A stretch of DNA of 64,000 nt. Origin: Chiloscyllium plagiosum. Taxonomy: Eukaryota. Of the stretch, positions 28,301-40,300 are shown one piece after another (the first letter of the stretch is position 1; each line of letters starts with the position of its first letter). The position numbers and the translations under genes were made by a program. The stretch covers positions 13,824,543-13,888,542 of the forward strand of contig NC_057749.1 in assembly GCF_004010195.1 (NCBI RefSeq), written 5' to 3'. The notes under the pieces were generated by a model that saw only the letters and a program-made list of their open reading frames with translations, was not told the DNA's origin and did no database searches.

Positions 28301-31300
28301 TCGCAACTTATATTTTCACCTAGTTTTGTACCACGAGCAAAATTAGATACATTATTTTTTAATAATAGCTGAGTTCCCAGCACTGATCCATGCCGTACTC
28401 CGCTAGTTATAGCCTGCTAACATGAGAATGTCCCATTGAAGCTAAAATCTTAACCCCATTTGCATGAACTCTAACTTGTCTATTAAACTTTTATATGGCA
28501 CTTCAATGAATTCCTTTTTGAAATCCATATTACATCTACTGGCTCTCTTTAGCTATCCTACTAAATATATCCTCAAAAAACTTGAATAAATTTGTCAAAC
28601 ACTCCTGCCCATTTATAAAACTGAAATATCAGTAAAGCAGGGATGCTTTAAGTTCTCATTCAGTAGTCAGCATCTCAAACAAAGGAATTCTTCAATCTTA
28701 ACTGAAGAAGGGCACTACTAGAATTATTCTACCCAGTAAAAGAAGTGACTTAATTTTATTAGATCAAAAGGTAATTCATAAATTTACATCATCAATTGTT
28801 CTATGAAGTTTTGAGATAACATCCAACATAAACATTTTGCAAAACAGAATTATTTTGGATTGTTATTTTCCAAATTTCAACAGCTGTTTCCCTTTTGTCC
28901 ACATTATATAAAGTGCATATAAAACATTCTCTCAGCTAGCAAACCACAGCAAATGTACCGGAGACAGAACTCAGTTATTAATGCTGAATACAAAGCCATA
29001 TTAATGTGGTCCGAGCCAATGCTTTGCACCAATGCAGTAAGATGGTAGCATGCTTTCTGGAACCTTAGGCTGGGGACCCTGATAAATTTCCTAAATCCAT
29101 GGCAGATCCAACTCTTCTTTTTAAAATTAAGTTGCTCAGGCCACATTTACAAAGCAATTATGGAACATACTCGGTGGTTTTGTTTAATGCTAGCATTTAA
29201 ATAAGGCAGAAATCTGCAACTGACCAGATTCCAGAGCAAATTGGAGCAAGAGTCTTTCTGGAATAAGTGCAAAGGAAAAGCAATTCACAGGCATTACATT
29301 TGTAGAGTAAACAATGCTTATTTCAATTTATACTTAGAGTAGGCATTGGGATCCATTAGCAAGGCACTGGACAGGGTGCTCATCTCCAGAATATACCCAC
29401 TCCTAGAAGAATAACTCTTTTCACTAAGGCAAAGGATCGTCTTGATTTTAAAATGCAGCACTGTTCTTCGGCAGACTCAATACAAGTTTTCTTTCTCTGT
29501 TTGTTTCTAACCTGTACAGCCTCATCGCGTGCTTGCTTCTCCTCTTGCCGACGATGTCGTTCTTCCTGTAATTCATTCAGCCGCTGCTCGTACTCTTTCA
29601 GCTTTGCAAGAACATCATGACGCTTGTTTTGAGCTTCCAATGTGTTGATGAAAGCAATTTCATTAACCTGAAAGGACAGAAAAGATAGACAGGTTTCCAC
29701 ATCCATTAGAATGTGATTGTATTTAAAATCTACATAATTTATTCTTCAAATACAGCTGATATATTTAGTTTCCAAAAAGTCCCGGACAAATGAAACTTGT
29801 ATATAGCAATGTACCCCAGGGTCACTTCCTTGTGTTGCTAGCTGACCTCAGCTGGACAGAAATCTGGAGACGGTGTCTCAGATACCCTTAAGCCAAAGAG
29901 AGAAAAAAAAACTGAATGCTCCCAGGTTTCATCACTGACCAGTGATAATCTGTACATGAGACATGAGTTGAGGGCATGATTGGGCTCAACTTGAGATAGT
30001 CATCAGGGTTATACATTAAGAAGGCCTAGTTTCATGAGGTAGGAGAAGGCTGTTAATGTCTATCAAACGAGATGCCAAAAATAACTAGATCATTCAGAAG
30101 AGGGAAGAAAACAGGAAATATTTAGAAGATCAGCTCATATGTAGCATTACATTTCAAAATGTTATAATCTTTCCTTTTCCTCTCAAGTTATATCAATATC
30201 TAACAAACCTCAAACTCACATTTTATCTACTCTAGGCTCCAAACTATCCAAAATATAAATAAGCTTGAAGTGCTATCTTCCAACTCCCTTGCTTGAAATT
30301 TAATTGCCCAGTCAGTTAACTTTGGCAAATCTATGATCTCTCAGTCCATGCAGAATTTAGAAGAACCTTAGAATGAGTTATTAAGTTGAAAGGTATTGTA
30401 CAAATGTGTGTTCTTATTATTCCTCCTACCTTTATCATTGCTAGCAAGCTTTAAAAAAAATCAAAGCAAAACCGACATTTATGTTTCAACTGACTTTGGT
30501 TTCATATGCAATGGAGTAAAAAGAAAAATCAGCAGTCCAATCCAATAACCCATTCTCTACAGGTATATGGTCAATAACTCAGGAAAATCAACGTTTTTTT
30601 TGCACAACTGTTCATGGTTCCCAGTGGGTATTTCACCATGATAATCAGGTTCAATGACAGAAGAAAGACCATTAATATTCTGAAATTGTGTCTCAGTCAC
30701 AGCTTTAACTTCAGCATTTTTCCCTCAACTTGGTACATGATCAGTGTTCAGGCACTCTAGATGATCCAGCTCGTATCTTGAGAATGGTTCCAGACCTTAG
30801 CCTCTTCCTCTTGTGCCTTCTTCACTATTGCTTGCAGCTGAAGCTCCCGTTTCAGCTCAGCATGAAGCAGCTTCTCCTCCATCATCTTCCTCCTCTGCTC
30901 CAGCAGCTCCTCCTTCCACTTCCGTACTTCCTTCTCCTAAGGATATTCAGCATAAAAGTTGAACAGTTTTACAACTTCAGCACTTTCCTCACTTAAATAG
31001 TGAGCAACATATAAACTACAGGCACTCCCTGTTGAGCTCAGAAAATTCAATGCCCCAATTCTCAGTCTACACGTCTTCAATGTTACGTCAATGACTACAT
31101 AAAGTATTTCATTGGTTGAATTATGCTTTGAGAAGTTCAATGGCTGTGAAAGGCACTGGAGAAAGGCAAATCATTATTTTTGCTGCATCTTCAGCATTGG
31201 TAACAAACAAAATTACTGTGTGAGGTGATGTTCTTTGGAAGAAGTAAGAAAACAAAGGAGCATTCAACAAATGGCATGACTCTAGGAAACTCAGAGGAAC

Positions 31301-34300
31301 AAAGGGTCCTTGGAGTGTTTGTTGATAGATCCTTGAAGGCAGCAGAACAGATTAATAGAATAGTTAAAAAGGCATGCAGGACACGACTTTATCAGCTCTG
31401 GCATAGACTATAAGACAGGCTATGTTGGAGCTATGGTTCAGCAACAGCTAAGGAACTGTATGCAGTTCTGGTCAGTGCTCTACAGGAAGAATTGCACCAG
31501 AGAGAGTACAGATGAAATTCACCAGGATGTTGCCTGAGATGGAGCATTTTATCTCGGATGAGAGGCTGGAAAAAGTCAGGTTATTTTCTTCAGAGCAAGG
31601 AAAACTAAGGAGACCTGACTGAGGTGTGTCAGATTATGAGGGGCATGGACAGGGTGGAAAGCAGCTGTTCCCCTTCATTGATAAGGTAACAACAACAGGG
31701 CATAATTTGAAGATGAAAGGCAGGAGATTTAGAGAGGATTTGTGGAAAAATTATTCTCACCCAGAAGGTGGTGGGAATCTGGAATGCGCTGTTTGGGACG
31801 GTACTTAAAAAGTACTTGGATAAGTACTTGAAATTTCATAACATTCAAGGCTATAGGACAAGTCCTGGAAAGTGGGACTAATGTAAATAAGTGACCCAGA
31901 CTCGAAGGGCATCTTCTATACTGTATAATTCAACTTTACTACACTACCATAATTACAATGCAAATAATGTCAACATACAGTATCTGTGGATTGGCTATAG
32001 AATATGAGTTCCAACAACAACAATGAAGGAGAGTACTTCTTCTAGAATGAATTTACATTTTCAGTTAGGAAATTTTATTTCTTATACTAACTGGCAAATT
32101 AAAAGACATCTTGCTGTGACATATAACCTGCTGGAAACATGTCACTAACAAAAAAGTGTTTTTAGAACATCAGTCAATTGTGCTCTTAGTAAACACTAAC
32201 CAAATGTCACCTATTGCCAGCATTATGCATTGTCTAGGTCAAGCATTTGTGCTAGAGTCTGCAGAAAGTTCTTTTCACTGCACCCAAACAGTACGTCTCA
32301 GCCTCAATCCAAGAATGTCACTGCCACACCACACCAATACGACACTTTGTCATTTTGGCTTTTTATATGACCTTTCTGGTTGGAACTACCAAATCAAAGC
32401 TCATTAACAGCAGTTTTGTTTCATACTTTACAACCATCTGAGAACTTCCTTCAAAGTTGACAAATACATTATTTAAATGCCTTACTACCAGCAGAAACAG
32501 GAAACAGACAAACGTTCTGGCCTGTATTCAATGCAGGCAACAGATTGGTGTGTAATTCACTATGCCATCTAATTCCTCTGCTTCTATATTTTTAACTCTC
32601 ACTGTTATAAACAGATTTTGTCTGTCTTACTCGCTCCAACAACTTCTGCAATTTCAGCGTCTGTTCCTCTCGTAGTTTTTCACGAAGTTGTTGGGCTTTC
32701 AGCTGCTTTTCCTCATGTCTCTTTTTTGATTCTGCAATTGTCCTGTTAACAGGAAATTTGAAAGAGAGATTCCATTACCAGAGAGATCAAATGCTTTTAC
32801 AAATAAAATCCAGCACATTAGTGTACTCTGCAGATTGCAACATGTAATATAAAATGTTAGCTGATCATGAATCACATGCTGCACTAAAAAATTTTAAAAA
32901 ACGAAAGACTGAAATAATAATCTTAATCACATTTTCCTCGATGGTGAGGAAAGCTTTTCGTGCATCTGGATGGCATGTCCAGGTGGTCGTGCTGGCTCCT
33001 CCTCCACAATATCCCCCCATGAAGTACTCTGACGCCAAGGTTCACGTGCTATAAAGAATAAAATAGAAAAATAAGAAGAAATTAAATGCCAATGTGGACA
33101 ATTAACACACAGATATTACCTTTGAAGAACTTCTGATGAAGGTTGCCACTTCTCTTTCCTTCTACATGCTGACCATGTGTTGTCCCAGTCAAAATGGTGT
33201 TTTTTTTTAATCCTGGGACAGGCTAAGCAAAGACATGCCAGAGAATTCCTAGAGGCCTGGCACTCCAACCAAAACGCCATAAACAAACACATAGATCTAG
33301 ATACCATCTATCAACCCCTCAGAAAACGAACAGGAAATGACATCACGACAAACCCCAGGAACCCCATCCAGGACAAACATATAAATAGAAAGCAGGAGAC
33401 AACAGCTTCGCTTCATTTGGAGATCGCCACTGATGATGTTACCTAGCCAGGTAATGAAACGTCTGGATATCAAACACAGCTCAGCGAGCAATCCTACACC
33501 CAAAACCTCAACCTGAGCCACAAACCTTGCATTAATCAGGTGTCGCAAACTAAGGATTCCTACCTTGTTGGACACAAACCAAATCCAGTCAGTCCAAAAG
33601 TATAATTCTCAAAAATAACTTGTATAATTACACCAAGCTTGTATCTGGCATTCAGTATTCAACTCCAGTTATGCCCCGGGGGAAAAAAACAGTTTAAATA
33701 AAATGAATGCCATAATAACGCTAACTTTTTTTTGCTCATTTACTCTTAAAAGCCAGGTTTCAGCAGAAATGTGCAAAGCATATCAAAACATCCTCAACTG
33801 GTACAATCTGCTCACTTTCACATAGGATTGGCTTGGTGAGCATTTTTCAGGCAGGTCTTTAGTAAATAGATTAAAAAAGTAGATTGTGAAAACATCATCC
33901 ATCACACAAATCAATGCAAATCAACAAATTAAAGAAGAAAGATGAAGCATTGATGATCAAGGCTGAAATTAAAGCCCTTTCTATACTAAAGTTAGGTTAG
34001 AGATAAAAGTTAACAGTCACTCGCGTGGCATTCATTTATGGCCATCTTGCATGGGAAAAGATCCATTTTGCAAAAAAAACACATTTTTACTGAAATGCCA
34101 ATGGAATACACATTAGCTACAGTGCACATACCTTCATATTCTGCAAGGACATCATTCCAGTCCAGATTTTGAGACTGTGAGGAAACACTATAGAGAGACA
34201 AGCTGCCGCTGTTCATGCTGGCCTATACAAAGAAAGAACATCACTTTGATACACCGAATTCAACAGTTATGTGGTGATAAAAGACAAAATTAGCATCAAT

Positions 34301-37300
34301 CTGCAAAAACAGGTAGAGTTTACACCTAGAAAATATCTTCCACCTTAAGAATAATGATCAGTTGAGAAGGATCGAGCTGTTCTATCACAATAAAGATTCT
34401 GAGCTACAGCAGGTTGTTCTTCAGAAAATTTGTTTCAAATCTTTTTAAGCTTCATGTGGACCACATATTTTATAATAATTCCCTATTCAGTCACTATCAG
34501 TGATAGCAAGGCTTTTTGAAACTTAACTTCTTTGACCAAAAGTAAATGGAAAGCAGTTACATCTTTTTATGTTGTGTGGCTGTTTGATTTGTGAAAATAA
34601 AACTCATTACGATATTGATATTGTCAACTCTGCTCAGAATTTCTGAAGTAGACTTGTTTTTTTTTCCTTTAAAACATCAAAGTTTCCATTGCAGAGACTA
34701 AGGCTATTCGTATTAGAGCTGCAACCTCAACAGAAAACACATTACTGCAGTTCAAAATTACCTATGACAGGTGGGAAAAATCTAAGATAAATAATTATAA
34801 TTATAATGATATTAAAAGTGCTGAATTTGGATTTGCTGCTATCAATGGGATTGGTTATGCCAATGATTTAACCTGAAGAATAACGTTGAGGTTAAACGAA
34901 ATTCTCTGAATGCCGTAACAGGGTTTGGAAATCAGTGGTTCTCCAAATAGCTTCTTCCAGTTCACTCAAGTCTACAAATATCAATTGATTTTTGCAAGCT
35001 TTGTCTGTTAATTTTTAAGTTTTTAATTTGGATTCTACTTCAACTATTTAAAAAACATTTTAGTGCTAGTGGATTAATTTTCAATCACTATTACTTTTAA
35101 TTTTGTCATTTTTATGTTATCTTTTACCAATAAAGCAATTCTAAATCCATTTCAACTTAACAAATATCTTTTAAGCTAGTTTGCAACATTTTTTTCCACT
35201 CTCCCATTTTTCAAATCACTTTTCAAATCTTTGAAAGCTCTCCATGGATATTATTATCTCCATGGATATCCTCCTACACTAACTTGCAAATACTTCAAGG
35301 CCCTGTGCACTGCTCAAATTCAAAATTAATGCATTCATGAAGCAGATAATCCCTTGGTAAAACTAACAAAGCCTGCAGTGTAACCACCTTTCAATACACT
35401 GGGTTAAGACCTCCATTTCCTGCCAGAACAGAGGAAACTCAAAGATGGATAATGGAAATTGGCTAGTTAACAACATCTCCCAAAATATAGTTTTACACAT
35501 ATGGTATATATGGTAGACTTGGGAATGGCAATTAGAAGAATTTTTTTTAAAATTATGTAATGTTGTTCCACAAAAAAAAAATAGACGTGGCAGACCATGC
35601 AATGGGACATACACCATGCAAGGTTTTTTAATAACAAAAATTTAGACAGAAAAGGCAATTTCATATTTAAATATCTTATATCCAATGGAACTTTCAAAGA
35701 CAGTTAAAAAGCAGGAAATCAGTACCAACAAGAGGTCCAGCTGTAATGGAAAATACAATTAATTTTTGATAATTTCCTTGTTCACAATCAATATTCAGCA
35801 ATGCCTAAGGAAAAATGCCAACTGTAGATGCCAGATCTTGAATGTGCTCTGACATAGTCATTTAACCCATAGAAACCCAGTGTCTAAAGGTAATAAGAAC
35901 GTACATCTCAGATTGGAGTTACCAAGATGGGTGGAAATGTACATTAACACCTTCAAGGAAGAGAAAAAGTAAACTACAAATTATATTTATATATTGAATG
36001 TCAAAGAATTGGAACAAACTGATATAAGCTGTAAATAGATGTAGGTCATACTCACTGTGAGCTCGCTTTCAGTGTCAGTCTCTATGTTTATGTCATTGTT
36101 TTCCTCAGCCTGTATTTCTCTTGTTAATTGTTCTTCCTCAGCTATAGCATTAGCAATCGCTTCTTCATTCTCCTTTTCCAGACGGTTTGCCAGTTCCTCT
36201 CCTTTGGCAAGGACTGCTGCCATAGATTGCTGAGAGGGAAGAAAAGTAAACATGTATATGGGTTTTGTTAATGATGACAAAAAAATCCAAGAATACCAAC
36301 ACATATATGGAAGAAGCTGGCTCTGAGCACAACTCTTTTGCACTTGTAGATTACTGTTAATATTTATGCATAACAATAAAAATGAAAAGTATAATGCCTG
36401 TTCAATAATTAAATCCAATAAATAATGAGCCAGTTACACTGCAATAATTTAATTCTACATTAAGCATAGTGCACACTAAGCACAAGTAATTCTGAGTTTT
36501 ATTCCTCTAAAACTCAAATAGCCCAACTGTCCATGAGTTGCATAATACAGCACATATTTGTAGAAAGAACAAATGGGTTCCAACATAAATATGGAGGGGA
36601 TTAAGTGGAGCGTGTTTAACTTATGAAGAAGGGTGACAAATTTTCAAAACTACCAGAAAAATAGCCTGTATGTTCCTGAAATCAACAAAGACTACTCCAA
36701 ATTTCAAGTGAAAGGAGTGCTGCCGAGTGCATTCCAAGTGAATAATCACATTTCTGTTCCCTCCTCTGTTTAATAATTGAGCATGAAGTAATTTCATAGT
36801 CTCAATAAATCAATAACAATGTCATTCCTGTGGTTTCCTTACATCCAAGGGGCCACTTTTTCCTACTAGACACAAATATGAAATCTTCCAGCCTCGTGGT
36901 ACAAAAGGATTTGGCAACTTATCATGACAAATTGCAACATTCAACTCAAAAACAAGGAAAAGCATTTAATTCACCCCAATCTACCTAGTCATAAAAGGTT
37001 ATACTTTACAGGACTGTATTTTTTGTAATTCTATTCCCACCGCTTCTGTAAAGTTACTTAAAATGATTAATCATGAGTTGCTAAATTCAGTTTTGCATCA
37101 TGGGGCTGGAATGTTTCCACAATACCTGCAGCTCAACATCACCCCATTAAGCGGCTTTACTGTGTGTAAACTAAAACACGGGGAATTCTGGTGGAGGAAG
37201 CACCATAGCCCAGCTTCATCCTCCTTTCACAATTCCCATGCACGAACATCAGATACGGATCAGTAGCAGGACCTGTGGCTAGTTGTTGACCATATGAAGG

Positions 37301-40300
37301 CAAATGGGTCACCCTGAACTACTCCCCTAATTAGGTCAGCACAAAAAAGTGTGGGACAATGAGTCAATGGTTCAGTACGACAGCTTAGGATAGCTTTATA
37401 AAGAATATTAAAAGGGAATTAGTCTCAGATTATTACTGAAACCAACACAGAGCTAGAATGCACATTGCAGCATTCCTTTCAATAACTCTAACCCAAACCT
37501 TTGAATTCTTATTTAGCAACTATAAACTGATCAACATCACAAAGTGCAGAATGCACAATTATTTATATAACTTGATCTCAACTAAATAATTGAAAGAATT
37601 CTGCAGGAGTGTTATAAAGCTGAATTTGACATTGAACCTCATAATGGAAGATTAGGGTGGATGGCAAAAAAAGGTGTCAAAAATTGTCCAGAAATGTCAT
37701 TTTACAGGTAAGTGGTTCAATAACAACAATGTCAAACTCAGCAATATCTATCTTGTAAAGTTCACCTTACCAACATCACAGGAGAAAGTGAGGTCTGCAG
37801 ATGCTGGAGATCAGAGCTGAAAATGTGTTGCTGGAAAAGCGCAGCAGGTCAGGCAGCATCCAGGGAACAGGAGAATCGACGTTTCGGGCATAAGCCCTTC
37901 TTCAGGAATCAACATCACAGGACTAAGGTTAAAATTGCAAGCGATGTCTCACAGAGTACAAAGGTATAAGTCCATCAGCGTGACAACGTACCACACAAAA
38001 CCGTCTCCATCCCTGGCTATATCCTGTCCTACTGGCAGGACAGAACCAGCAGAGTAGTGTAACAGCAGTACACATTTGGGAAGGAGTTCCCTGGGAATGA
38101 TTAACATTAAATCTGGGCCCCATGAAGTCTCATGGTATCAATTAAAGATGGGCAAGGTAACTACCTGCAGATTACCACGTACCTAACCCTATTACCACTC
38201 TCCCACTGCCCAGATGCTAGACTATGCTTGGTCAAGTTGAAGAGAAAGAACCAATAAGAGGGAACAAGACTCAACCTCACCCTTATTAATCTGCTTGCTG
38301 CAGTCACAAGACAGCATTGGCAGAAATAACCACTGCATTTTTCATATCCATCATGCTGTGTGGCACACTAAGTGAAACAGATCTCAAACCAATCTAGCGA
38401 CTTAAGACTGGGCATCCATGAAGCATTGTGGGCCATCAGTAGCAGTAGAATTAAACTGAAACACATGGCCTGACATATTCCCCACTCCATCTTTAGACCA
38501 TCAAGAGAGGGTTGAAACCCTGGCTCAAAGAATGTAAGAGGGCATGCAAGTTGCATATGAACATACAAAATAGGAACCCCAGAAGTCTACTTTTCCATTC
38601 AATAAGCCGATGGCTAGTCTGTTTGTATTTCAAATTCTACATTCCCATCTACCATCAATAGCCCTTAATTCCCCTGCCTAACAAGAAAGTCAACCAGCTC
38701 TGTCTTAAAAATATTTGAATGCTGACTAGCTAGCAGTATCCACATCTCATGAGTGAATACATAAATTAAAATAACCCAACCTTCTGAGGTGGAGTACCAA
38801 AGTCAAACAATCCTCAGAGAAAAAAATTCTCAGCTCTGCCCTAAAAGGGAGATCTTCATTTTTATACGTGGTCCCCTAGTTCTGGACTGATCTACAAGAC
38901 TAAACATACTTTCCACATCCATCTTGTCAAGGTTATTCATGATCTCGTACACTTCAATCAAGCCATCCCTCACCAGGAATGCCTAAAGATGAGAGTCAAC
39001 CCGGTGAAGCTACAATACAGGACTATTTGCATGTCGAATAGCATAAACAGCGAGAGACAGATGGGGCTAAGCAATTACACAACTAATGAGTCGAATGTAG
39101 GGTGCTGGAAAAGCATAGTAGGTCAGGCAGCATTCAAGGAGCAGGAGAGTCGAAGTTTCCAGCATGGGCCCTCCATCAGGAATTCCTGATGAAGGGTTCA
39201 AGCCCAAAACATCAGCTCTCCTACTCCTCGGACACTGCCTGACCTGCTGTGCTTTTCCAGCACCACACTTTCAACTCTGACCTCCAGCATCTGCAGTACT
39301 CACTTTCTTCCACAACCAATGGATCAGATCCAAGCTATGCAGTCATGCTAGATCCTGTCATGAATGATAGTGGACAGCTAAACAACTGATTGGAGAAGGC
39401 GGCTCCCCGCAAATATCCCCATCTCAATGATGGGGCGGCCAAGCACATCAATGTAAAAGACGAGGCTGAAGTATTTGCAACATCTTCAGCCTGATGGTTC
39501 GACTGGATAATTAATTTTGGTTTCTTACCAAGGGTCCCCAAATCACAAATAAGCCAATTCAATTCATTCCATGTGGCATCAAGAAATGGGCTGAAGGCAC
39601 TGGATACTGAAAAAGATATGGGCTCTGACAACATTTTGTCAGTAATACTGAAGGTATATGCGCCTGAACTTGCTACACCCTAGCCGAGCTGTGCATGTAC
39701 AGCTAAAACACTGTATAATGTGTAAAATTGTTCAGTTATGTCATGCACACACACAAAAAAAGGCCAAATCCAACCTGGCCAATAATCCCCCCCAAGTCTA
39801 CTCTTAACTGTCAATAAAAATACATGGAAGAGATCATCAAAGGTACTATCAAAAACATTTGCTTAGCAATAACCTGCTCACTGCTACTGAGCTTAGGCTT
39901 TGTCAGGGCTAGTGAGCACTTGACCTCATTACAATCTTGGATCAAACATGGACAAAATAAAGAGCCGAACTAGAGAGTAGAAGTGATCTTGGCACTGGGT
40001 AGGCGACACAGCTATGTGCACTCACGCTCTTTGCTGCGAAGAACAATGTCAATTTGACTGATTATACTATTTCCATTACCTAAAATGTTCATTTTTTCTC
40101 ACCCTTTAATGACTTCCTGTACCACAGTGCAACGGTTATTTAGTCTATCCACCCTGCAGCCCTCCACTTCCATTCAATCAAGCTGAAAGAACCTCAACTT
40201 GTTGGACAACTGCAGAAGCAGAGGCTCCTGCCTTCCTGGCCTCTCGGTCTCCTTTGCAGTCACTCTTCTGTCCTTGAATACTGATCTAATCAGAAGACCC

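Noticed and set aside
30937..30946. ATATCCTT on the minus strand, resembling a U12 AT-AC 5' splice site
   Set aside because: It lies at the 3' end of an intron, directly before the AG of an ordinary acceptor, and the intron starts with GTAAGA. Coincidental.
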